DNA of 64,000 nt from assembly GCA_963746845.1 (NCBI GenBank), contig CAVVCZ010000004.1:1312001-1376000 (forward strand), given 5' to 3'. The notes beneath the pieces were generated by a model. The model made no database searches. It saw nothing but the letters and a program-made list of their open reading frames with translations, and was not told where the DNA came from. Position 1 is the stretch's first letter, and every line of letters starts with the position of its first letter. The DNA is from an uncultured Chloroflexia bacterium. Lineage in GTDB: Bacteria > Chloroflexota > Limnocylindria > Limnocylindrales > CSP1-4. Positions 41,111-49,215 of the stretch are shown one piece after another. The position numbers and the translations under genes were made by a program.

Positions 41111-41779
41111 TCAGACCGCGACGTCGGCGACGACGCTGGCAAGGACGTCGAGCAGGAGCGCAGCGGACGTTGCCCCGGGATCCTGGTGGCCGATGCTGCG
41201 CTCGCCGAGATACGAGGCTCGGCCCTTCGTCGCAAGCATCGGGATGGTGGCCGCCGCACCGGCGGCAGCGGCGTCGCGGGCGGCACCGACGACGGCCGCC
41301 GCGTCGGCATTCCCATCCCATGCCGCGCGCGCGGCCGAGGCCGCCGGGACGAGCGCATCGAGCATCGTCTTCTCGCCCGTCGTCGACTTGCCGAGGGCGC
41401 CGATCCCGGTCGCGGCCGCCTCGAGGGCGGTGACGACGGCGAGACCGCCGGATGGCGGCGGATCGGCCGGCAACGCGGCAAGCGCGGCCGATGCCCGGAG
41501 GAAGCCGGTCCCGTAGAGCGGACCCGACGCCCCACCAACGGTGCTGATCAGGGTGCGGCCGGACAGCCGGAGCAGGTCGACCGTCGCGGTGAGGTCCGGG
41601 ACGGTCGGCTCGGCCGGGGGCCGGGCGTCCAGCGCGGCCACGATCGCGCTGAAGCCGCGGTCGAGATTGATCCCGTGGTCGCCGTCGCCGATCGCCTGAT
41701 CGAGAGCGGTGAGGGCCGGTGCCTGTTCATGGATTCGGTCGGCCGTGGCGCGGAGCCAGGCCTCGAGCGCGTGCAGCAT
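41111..41779 (-). CDS. dhaL: Dihydroxyacetone kinase ADP-binding subunit
   Basis: LDQAIGDGDHG, GGASGPLYG, GEKTMLD, KGRASYLGERSIGHQDPGA. Confidence 0.95.
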   Translation of the reverse strand: MLHALEAWLRATADRIHEQAPALTALDQAIGDGDHGINLDRGFSAIVAALDARPPAEPTVPDLTATVDLLRLSGRTLISTVGGASGPLYGTGFLRASAALAALPADPPPSGGLAVVTALEAAATGIGALGKSTTGEKTMLDALVPAASAARAAWDGNADAAAVVGAARDAAAAGAAATIPMLATKGRASYLGERSIGHQDPGATSAALLLDVLASVVADVAV

Positions 41780-41824
41780 CGGGGAACCCTCGACGGACAG
41801 TCGGATGGAGTCTAGCGAGCCCCG

Positions 41825-41854
41825 GGCCGGGCCCGCCGTTCGACGGGCCCGGCC
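41825..41854. other. Intergenic hairpin between dhaK and dhaL
   Basis: GGCCGGGCCCG-ccgttcga-CGGGCCCGGCC, followed on the minus strand by a TAGACT -10-like box before dhaL. Confidence 0.55.
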
Positions 41855-41872
41855 TGAGAGGCAACGGCGTGG

Positions 41873-42895
41873 TCAGGCGCCCCAGCGGAGCGCCGCGGTG
41901 TGGACGGGAGCGTCCCACAGCCGGATGAGCTGGTCATCGAGCTTCAGGAGCGTGACCGAGAAGCCGGCCATCTCCAGGCTCGTGATGTAGTTCCCGACCA
42001 GGCTCCGCCCGATCGAGATCCCCTGGCCACCCAGGATCCGGTTGACGCTGTCGAACGCGACGTACAGCTCGATGAGCGGCGTGCCGCCCATGCCGTTGAC
42101 GAACGCGAGGACCGAGTCCCCTCGGCTCAGACCGAGGTCCGAGACGATCGGCGACACGAGCCACTCGGCCATGTCGTCGACGGGCGCGAGCTTCTCGCGG
42201 CGCCGTCCGGGCTCGCCATGGATGCCGATCCCGACCTCGACCTCGTCGGGTCCGAGCTCGAAGGTCGGCGTCCCGGCGGCGGGGACGATGCAGCTCGACA
42301 GCGCGAGCCCCATCGATCGGCCCTGGCCATTGACCTTGATCGCGGTTGCGGCGACGTCCGCGAGCGACGCTCCGGACTCCGCCGCGGCACCGGCGATCTT
42401 CTCGACGAGCACGGTCACGCCGACGCCCCGCCGGCCGGCCGTGTAGAGCGAGTCCTGGACCGCGACGTCGTCATTGGTCACGACCGAGGCCACCTCGATC
42501 TCGCCCGCGACGAGCTCCGCCGCCATCTGGAAGTTGAGCACGTCGCCGGTGTAGTTCTTGACGATGTGCAGGACCCCGGCACCTCCGTCGACGGCGCGGG
42601 TGGCCGCCTCCATCTGGTCGGGGACGGGCGAGGTGAAGATGTTGCCGGCCGCGGCGGCATCGAGCATGCCGAACCCGACGAACCCGCCGTGGAGCGGCTC
42701 GTGACCGGAACCGCCGCCGGAGATCAATCCGACCTTGCCGGGCGTCGGACCGCCGGCCCGCAGGACGACGTTGTTCGCGGCGTCGACCTTCACGACGTCG
42801 GGGTGAGCGGCCGCGAGCCCGGCGAGGCTCTCCGGCACGATGTCCTCGACCCGATTGAAGAGCTTCTTCACCCGGGTCGGAGCGCTGGTCGCCAT
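41873..42895 (-). CDS. dhaK: Dihydroxyacetone kinase substrate-binding subunit
   Basis: [37 protein letters not shown]. Confidence 0.96.
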   Translation of the reverse strand: MATSAPTRVKKLFNRVEDIVPESLAGLAAAHPDVVKVDAANNVVLRAGGPTPGKVGLISGGGSGHEPLHGGFVGFGMLDAAAAGNIFTSPVPDQMEAATRAVDGGAGVLHIVKNYTGDVLNFQMAAELVAGEIEVASVVTNDDVAVQDSLYTAGRRGVGVTVLVEKIAGAAAESGASLADVAATAIKVNGQGRSMGLALSSCIVPAAGTPTFELGPDEVEVGIGIHGEPGRRREKLAPVDDMAEWLVSPIVSDLGLSRGDSVLAFVNGMGGTPLIELYVAFDSVNRILGGQGISIGRSLVGNYITSLEMAGFSVTLLKLDDQLIRLWDAPVHTAALRWGA

Positions 42896-42932
42896 GGTGC
42901 TGCTCCTTCGAAACGTGAGGATGCTGAGGGGT

Positions 42933-43700
42933 TCAGGCGTCGGCCTGGGCGGTTTCGCGAACCGCGCCGCCGGGCACGGTCACCGTTCTGACGTGTCCGA
43001 CGAACTCGTACAGGAACGCCCCGATGAGGCCGCCGGCGATCGGGCCGGCGATGTAGACCCAGAGCTGGTCGAGGTGGCTCTTGGCACCGATCAGGGTCCC
43101 GAGCACGTCGGGGCCGATCTGGCGAGCCGGGTTGAGGGCGGCACCGGTGATCGGGCCGACCAGGATGATGATCCCGTACACGATGAAGCCGATCACGATG
43201 CCGGCGAAGCCGGCCGGGGCACGACCGTCCACCGCGGCTCCGAACACGGTGAAGACGAGGATCGCGGTGCCGATGACCTCGGCCAGGAGGCCGACCACGT
43301 TGCCGGCGTTCGCGTTGACGCCGACGGCGCCCAGGCCGAGCGCCTGCGGGTTGTTGCCGGTCAGGATCACGAGCGTCATGCCGGCGCCGACGAACGCGCC
43401 GACCAGCTGGGCGGCGATGTAGCTGACGGCCGTCTGGCTGTCGACCTTGCGGGTCGCCCACAGGGCGATCGTGACCGCCGGGTTGATGTGTGCGCCGCTG
43501 ATGTGACCGACCGAGTAGACGGCGGCGAAGATCGCGAACGCGAACGCGAACGAGATGGTCGAGAGCTCGGCGCTGCCGAACGGGTTCTGTCCGGTCAGGA
43601 ACACGGTCAACGGGACCGAGCCCGCACCGATGAACACGAGGATGGCGGTGCCGATCGCCTCGGCGGTCAGCTTCTGGGCCAGCGTGGGTGACGACGACAT
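42933..43700 (-). CDS. MIP family channel (aquaporin/glycerol facilitator)
   Basis: [10 protein letters not shown] and ALNPAR NPA boxes. Confidence 0.93.
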   Translation of the reverse strand: MSSSPTLAQKLTAEAIGTAILVFIGAGSVPLTVFLTGQNPFGSAELSTISFAFAFAIFAAVYSVGHISGAHINPAVTIALWATRKVDSQTAVSYIAAQLVGAFVGAGMTLVILTGNNPQALGLGAVGVNANAGNVVGLLAEVIGTAILVFTVFGAAVDGRAPAGFAGIVIGFIVYGIIILVGPITGAALNPARQIGPDVLGTLIGAKSHLDQLWVYIAGPIAGGLIGAFLYEFVGHVRTVTVPGGAVRETAQADA

Positions 43701-43718
43701 CGATCGACCTCCTTCGGG

Positions 43719-44036
43719 TCAGGGGTGGACGGCTGCGCCGTCCGGGGACAGGGCGACGGTCGGACCGTCGGATGCCGGGGCCACGGCCGGCCCGAGCTCC
43801 TCCACCAACGCCGCGAGGGCGTCATCGGCGTCGGAGCCATCGGCGGTCAGGGTGATCTCGGTCTGTGGACGGATCGTCAGGCCGAGGAGGGCAATCAAGC
43901 TCTTGACGTCGGCGGTTCGCTCGCCGCTCCGGAGCACGATCCGGCTCTGGAACCGGCTGGCGACCTTGACAACCTTGGCGGCCGGGCGCGCATGGAGCCC
44001 GGCGGGATCGATCACGGTCAGGCGCAGGTCGACCAT
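43719..44036 (-). CDS. ptsH: HPr phosphocarrier
   Basis: GLHARPAA (His15) and DVKSLIALL (Ser46-like). Confidence 0.93.
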   Translation of the reverse strand: MVDLRLTVIDPAGLHARPAAKVVKVASRFQSRIVLRSGERTADVKSLIALLGLTIRPQTEITLTADGSDADDALAALVEELGPAVAPASDGPTVALSPDGAAVHP

Positions 44037-44039
44037 CGC

Positions 44040-44447
44040 TCAGGCCTCCAGCGCCTTCGGCAGGGACTGCCATTCGCGGGCCGCCTCGGCGACCGCGTCG
44101 AGGTCCGCGCCGGTGCTCGCCTGAACGCCGGCGAGGAAGGCGCCCTCGACGAGCGGACCGTCGCTGACGCGGACCCGGGACCGGACCTCGGGCTCGAGCA
44201 GTTCGAGCGCGATCTCCAGGCTCAGGAGCGCGCTCCCGAAGTCGAGCAGGACGAGGGCCCCATCCGCGCCGTCGGCCAGGACGGACCGGATCGCCGCTTC
44301 GATCCGCGGCGCCGTGGTTCCGATCCGGCCGTCGTCGGTACCGCCGGCCAGGGCGATCGGGACCTCCGGTCCGCCGAACTGGGCGACGATCGCCCGCAGC
44401 CCTTCGACCAGCTGCTCGCTGTGGGATACGAGAACCAGTCCCACCAA
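44040..44447 (-). CDS. dhaM: PTS-dependent DHA kinase phosphotransferase subunit (EIIA-Man-like)
   Basis: VGLVLVSHS, AGGTDDG.IGT, LLDFGSA, PLVEGA. AAGGAGG RBS before TTG 44447. Confidence 0.92.
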   Translation of the reverse strand: MVGLVLVSHSEQLVEGLRAIVAQFGGPEVPIALAGGTDDGRIGTTAPRIEAAIRSVLADGADGALVLLDFGSALLSLEIALELLEPEVRSRVRVSDGPLVEGAFLAGVQASTGADLDAVAEAAREWQSLPKALEA

Positions 44448-44506
44448 GAACGCCTCCTTCCGTGATCCGGGATTCGTGGTCGCCGGCATCGTCTGCCCCG
44501 ACTCAT

Positions 44507-44523
44507 CAAGAAGAAAGCAAGAA
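44507..44523. promoter_or_regulatory. OmpR/PhoB-type tandem direct repeat in the dhaM / dhaL2 divergent promoter region
   Basis: CAAGAA at 44507 and 44518 (11-bp period) in a locally A-rich patch. Confidence 0.5.
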
Positions 44524-44683
44524 CCGGTCTGGTTCCGCGATGGATGCGGTCCGAGGTGCGTTTCGTGGTCGCTCGGGTGTTGCCCGGTTCGCGGACCCAT
44601 CCCTACACTCGGCCGACCGGCCATCGGCCGCCGAATCGAGGATCGTCGTGCCCGTCTCCCCAGTGCAGTCGTCTGTCGCGCCG

Positions 44684-45313
44684 ATGGCGCTCGACGCCGT
44701 TGCGCTGCGCTCCGCCCTCACTCGGGTGCGTCGGACCATCGATCGGCATGCCGCGGCTCTGACCCGGCTCGACGCGGTCCTCGGCGACGGCGACCACGGC
44801 GACAACCTGTCGATCGGGTTCCGGGCGGTGGAGGAGGTCCTGGCCGGGCTGCCGCCCGACGCACGGCCAGGGGACGTGCTGCGGGCCGTGGGCCATTGCC
44901 TGATCTCCGCCGTCGGCGGCGCTTCCGGCCCGCTCTATGGCACGGCGTTCATCGAAGCGGGGTTCCGCGCCGGGGACGTCACGGTGATCGATGGTCCCCT
45001 CGCCGCGGCAATCCTCGGTGCCGCCGCCGATGGCGTCGCTCGACGCGGCCGATGCGCGGTCGGCGACAAGACGATCCTCGACACGCTCCGACCGGCCGCG
45101 ACCGCGCTCGGCGTCTCGGTCTCGGCCGGCAGCGACGCCGCGGGAGCTGCCCGCGCAACGCTGGCTGCGGCACGCGAGGGCATGCGCTCGACCCGGCCGC
45201 TCGTTGCTCGGCGCGGGATCGCGCTTCGACTCGGCGATCGGTCGATTGGTCATCTCGATCCGGGGGCGGTGTCGTGCTTCCTGATCCTGCGCGGTCTCGC
45301 CGCCCGTGACTGA
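44684..45313 (+). CDS. Second DhaL (DAK2) paralog, probably regulatory
   Basis: LDAVLGDGDHG, GGASGPLYGTAF, GDKTILD, GHLDPGA; KGRA is replaced by RGIA. Stop overlaps the kinase start. Confidence 0.9.
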   Translation: MALDAVALRSALTRVRRTIDRHAAALTRLDAVLGDGDHGDNLSIGFRAVEEVLAGLPPDARPGDVLRAVGHCLISAVGGASGPLYGTAFIEAGFRAGDVTVIDGPLAAAILGAAADGVARRGRCAVGDKTILDTLRPAATALGVSVSAGSDAAGAARATLAAAREGMRSTRPLVARRGIALRLGDRSIGHLDPGAVSCFLILRGLAARD

Positions 45314-46955
45314 CGCCGGCGCCACGCCCGCGCAGACCACCGACCCCGCCCGTCTCGTGGCCCGGATCGCCGAGCTCGAGCAGGAGGCGAGGACCGCCTT
45401 CGACGAAGCCCAGCGCGAGGCGGACACGCTCTTCGCCCAGTACCAGCTCAGTCAGCTCGTTGCCTCGGGCGGATCCGCGGTCGACCTGGCAGGCGCGGTC
45501 CTCCTCGAGCTGACCCGGCTGGCAGCGGGCGACGAGGGCGCGATCTGGCTCGGGGACCGGCCCGGACAGGCGCTCGAGATCACGGCGCGGATCGGCTCGA
45601 TCGAGCGCCTCCCGGAGCGCTTCGACGACCTCCCGGCGGCACGGCGCTGGGCGGCTCGCCACACCGACATCACGTTCGTGGTCCTCGCCGATGATCCGTC
45701 TCCGATGATCGTGGGGATCCGGGCGTCGGATCGGCGACCGCTCGACGAGGACGGGGTTCGGGTGGCACGGCTTGCCCGGCACGAGCTGTCGGTGGCCTTC
45801 GCCGGCGCCCGCCTGCGGGAGGCCCTCGAGCGCGAGGGTCACGACCTCGCCGCGATCGTCGACGGGGCGACCGACGTGATCGTCCAGGTCGACGAGGACT
45901 GTCGGATCACGCGCCTGAACCCAGCCGGTCAGCGAGTCCTCGGGGTGACGAACGACCAGGCCCTGGGACGACGGTGCGGTGACGCCCTGGGTTGCGAGGC
46001 CGCGGGCGGTCATCGAGCCGTCGACTGCCCGCTGGCGGAGACGATCCGGACCGGCCTCCCGATCGGCTATCGGGAGACGGCGATGCGAGCCGTGCAGGGG
46101 ACGATCAAGGTCGGCGGGGGCTACTCGCCCGCGCTCTCGCGGGGCGGCGTCGTCCGTGCGACGGCGATCCTCCGCGACCTGAGCGCCGCGGAGGCGCTCG
46201 AGCAGCTCCGGGAGGGCTTCGTGGCCACGGTCAGCCACGAGCTCCGGACACCGATCGCGCTCATCCGGGGCTACGCCGAAACGCTTCTGCAGTTCGACCT
46301 CGAACCGGAGCAGCAACGGGAGTACCTCGAGCGGATCGAGGGCCTCACGACGCGCCTCGGAGAGCTGGTCAGCCAGATCCTCGACGCGACCCACCTCGAC
46401 GCGGACCCGCTCATCCTCGAACGGACCCCGGTGGCGCTCGCGGCGCTCGTCGCCCGGCTTCGTGGCGACCTGGCGCTGACCGGCGACGATCGGCGGCTCG
46501 TCACGGACCTGCCATCCGATCTCCCGCCGATCGAGGTCGATCCGAGCCGCGTCGGGCGGATCCTGGAGAATCTCGTCGGAAACGCGCTGAAGTACGCCCC
46601 GGCCGACTCGCCCGTCATCATCGGAGCGGAGACCCACGGCGGCTGGCTCGCGGTCCACATCGACGACGAGGGGATCGGCATCCCGGAGGCGGATCGGCCG
46701 CTCGTCGCCGAGCCCTTCCATCGGGCCTGGAACGTGCGCGAGTCCCGCATTCCGGGCACGGGCCTGGGGTTGTACATCTGCCGTCGGCTCGTCGAAGCGC
46801 ACGGGGGGACGCTGACGATCGGCGATCGGCCCGACGGCCTGTCGGGGACGCGCGTCCAGTTCACCGTTCCCCTCGCGGTCGACGGGCGGGACCGGCAGCG
46901 CGCTCGCACGGCGTCGGACCAGCGTCCGGGCGCCACGGAACGGGTCGGTGGCTGA
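45306..46955 (+). CDS. Soluble sensor histidine kinase (coiled coil, GAF-like, PAS, HisKA, HATPase)
   Basis: No TM segment; PAS (AIVDGATD..NPAG), VSHELRTP, NLVGNALKY, DEGIGI, GTGLGL. Confidence 0.93.
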   Translation: MTDAGATPAQTTDPARLVARIAELEQEARTAFDEAQREADTLFAQYQLSQLVASGGSAVDLAGAVLLELTRLAAGDEGAIWLGDRPGQALEITARIGSIERLPERFDDLPAARRWAARHTDITFVVLADDPSPMIVGIRASDRRPLDEDGVRVARLARHELSVAFAGARLREALEREGHDLAAIVDGATDVIVQVDEDCRITRLNPAGQRVLGVTNDQALGRRCGDALGCEAAGGHRAVDCPLAETIRTGLPIGYRETAMRAVQGTIKVGGGYSPALSRGGVVRATAILRDLSAAEALEQLREGFVATVSHELRTPIALIRGYAETLLQFDLEPEQQREYLERIEGLTTRLGELVSQILDATHLDADPLILERTPVALAALVARLRGDLALTGDDRRLVTDLPSDLPPIEVDPSRVGRILENLVGNALKYAPADSPVIIGAETHGGWLAVHIDDEGIGIPEADRPLVAEPFHRAWNVRESRIPGTGLGLYICRRLVEAHGGTLTIGDRPDGLSGTRVQFTVPLAVDGRDRQRARTASDQRPGATERVGG

Positions 46956-47649
46956 GCGCATCCTGATCGTCGAGGACGAGCCGGAGTTCGCCGCGCTCCT
47001 GGAGCTGTGGATCGGCCGGGCCGGCTACGAGCCGCTCGTCGCGCCGACCGGTAATGACGCCCTCCGCCGCTTCTACGAGTCCCATCCCGAGCTCGTCATC
47101 CTCGACGTCGCGCTCCCCGGGCTCGATGGCTGGCAGGTCATCGAGCGGATCCGCGAGTTCAGCCGCGTCCCGATCATCCTCGTCACCGCGCGAAGCTCGG
47201 AGGCCGACAAGATCCGCGGCCTCAAGCTCGGCGCCGACGACTACATCACGAAACCGCTCAGCCTGCCGGAGCTCGTCGCTCGCGTCGAGGCCGCCCTTCG
47301 TCGCGCGTCCACGCCCACGCCCGATCGGCCGCGACGACTCCAGCATCGCGACCTGATCATCGACCTCGACGAGCACCGGGCACGGCTGAGCGGCGAGGAC
47401 CTGCGTCTGACGCCGACCGAGTTCCGGCTGCTGGCGTATCTGGTCGAGCACGCGGGCCAGCTCGTGACCCACCGTCAGGTCCTGTCTGCCGTCTGGGGCT
47501 CCGGGTACGGCGCCGACGTGCATCTCCTGCGGATGACGATCCGGAACCTCCGCCTGAAGCTCGATGCGATCGCGCCAGGCGGCTCGTACATCGCCACGGA
47601 GTACGGGCTCGGCTACCGACTGACGGGGCCCGTAGACTCGTCGCCGTGA
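46948..47649 (+). CDS. OmpR-family response regulator
   Basis: VEDE, LDVALP, GADDYITKP, LTPTEF, YGLGY. Confidence 0.95.
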   Translation: MAERILIVEDEPEFAALLELWIGRAGYEPLVAPTGNDALRRFYESHPELVILDVALPGLDGWQVIERIREFSRVPIILVTARSSEADKIRGLKLGADDYITKPLSLPELVARVEAALRRASTPTPDRPRRLQHRDLIIDLDEHRARLSGEDLRLTPTEFRLLAYLVEHAGQLVTHRQVLSAVWGSGYGADVHLLRMTIRNLRLKLDAIAPGGSYIATEYGLGYRLTGPVDSSP

Positions 47650-48248
47650 CCGACGACAGAGAGGCCGAGCTCGCCGCGCTGCTCGCCCGGCCCGGGCCCG
47701 GCTCGCACCGGACGACGATCCTCATCGACGGCGTCCCGACCGAGACCCTCGCGGACCTCCCGCCGCTCCGCGATCGGCTGCTGTTCGTCGGGCTCAACCC
47801 GTCGCCGGTCAGCGTCGAGGCCGGCCACTACTTCCAGGGCAAGCTCGGCCGGGCCCTGTGGGGCCGCCTGATCCGGGCGCAGATCCTGCCGCCCGACACC
47901 GACATCGACACCGCCGACGACGCGCTCGTCGCGGCCGGCCACGGCATCACGGACCTCCACAAGCTGCCGAGTCCCCGCGACGAGGCCAGCGACGCGCTCC
48001 TGCGGGCGGGGGTCGGCCCGCTCTGGCAGAAGGTCGCGCTCTGGCGACCGGCCGCGATCGTGTTCGTCTGGAAGCGGGCCGCGGAGACGGCGGCCGGCCG
48101 GAAGCTCGATGAGCCGTGGGGCCAGCTCGAGGGCGTCGCCCTCGCCGGCCGGCCGTGCTTCCTGATGCCGGGCGCCTACGCGCCGGTCGAACAGGTCGAT
48201 GCGGGGCTCAACCTGATCCGGAACCTCGGGGCGTCCCTGCCCCGCTGA
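47646..48248 (+). CDS. Mismatch-specific uracil-DNA glycosylase (Mug/TDG family)
   Basis: LFVGLNPS, GHYF, GITD; GTGA overlap with the response regulator. Confidence 0.82.
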   Translation: MTDDREAELAALLARPGPGSHRTTILIDGVPTETLADLPPLRDRLLFVGLNPSPVSVEAGHYFQGKLGRALWGRLIRAQILPPDTDIDTADDALVAAGHGITDLHKLPSPRDEASDALLRAGVGPLWQKVALWRPAAIVFVWKRAAETAAGRKLDEPWGQLEGVALAGRPCFLMPGAYAPVEQVDAGLNLIRNLGASLPR

Positions 48249-49215
48249 TTCGGAGCCGGCCGGTTCCGGGCGCATCGATCGTCACGGTCGCGCCGGCGTC
48301 CCCGGGGAGGCGGTCGCCGTCGACGAGCTCGACCGTCTGGTACGGGAGGTGCGCTCCGGCTCCGGGTGCCGCGAGGATCGGGACCTCGCACGGGATCGCC
48401 AGCATCTCGGCGCCGGCGGCATGATCCGGATCGGGGCTGGTGAGGAGGATCGCGCGAAGGACGCCGCCGCGGCGATCGATCGTCTCCTCGATCGTGCGGA
48501 TCGCCGCCTCTGACGGGTCGCCCGGGTCGACGACGATGACCTCCCGGCGGCCGAGCACGGTCGTCTCGCATCCTCGACCGGGCAGCCCACCGGCGCCCCC
48601 GAAGGCGAGGCGGACGATCCACTCCTCCTCCGCGGTGACCACCGGCGGGGCGACAGGCTCGAAGCGGATCCGCTCGGCCACGTCGCCGGCAGATCGTGCG
48701 CGGATCTCGAGCAGACGCTGGAGGACGGAGGTCGTCGGGACCCACATCTCGATCTCGCCCGCGCTCAGTCGCCGGAAGGCGGCCGACGGGGTGAGCCACG
48801 CGTGCCCGGCGACCTCTCCCGGTGAGAAGTCGGTCTCGGCGCCATCGGGCAGATCCGCGACGAAGAACCACGTCGAGAACCGGCGAGGCATGAACACCGG
48901 CGTCGTGAAGTGCGCGATCGGAACGAGGGCGGCGGCATCACCGAGGTGGACGCCGATCTCCTCCTGGACCTCCCGGATCGCGGCTCGTCGGAGGGCGGCA
49001 GACTCGACGGCCGAGACGTTACCGCCGAGGTCGTCGGAACCCGGCTCCCCGACCGCGTCGTCCGGATCGACCTTCCCACCGGGGAAGACATGGAGGCCGG
49101 GCCCGAACGCCATCGACGCCGGGCGCTCGATCAGGAGGACCTCGGGCTCGGTACCCGGACCGGGTCGGACGAGGACGACGGTCGCCGCGGCTCTCGGTTC
49201 GGCCGGCGTGCTCAG
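48208..49215 (-). CDS. NUDIX hydrolase with a truncated, degenerate MBL-fold C-terminal part
   Basis: [38 protein letters not shown]; then VVDPG and LLTSPDPDH (HxHxDH degenerate). CTG start overlaps the upstream stop. Confidence 0.82.
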   Translation of the reverse strand: MSTPAEPRAAATVVLVRPGPGTEPEVLLIERPASMAFGPGLHVFPGGKVDPDDAVGEPGSDDLGGNVSAVESAALRRAAIREVQEEIGVHLGDAAALVPIAHFTTPVFMPRRFSTWFFVADLPDGAETDFSPGEVAGHAWLTPSAAFRRLSAGEIEMWVPTTSVLQRLLEIRARSAGDVAERIRFEPVAPPVVTAEEEWIVRLAFGGAGGLPGRGCETTVLGRREVIVVDPGDPSEAAIRTIEETIDRRGGVLRAILLTSPDPDHAAGAEMLAIPCEVPILAAPGAGAHLPYQTVELVDGDRLPGDAGATVTIDAPGTGRLRISGAGTPRGSGSG

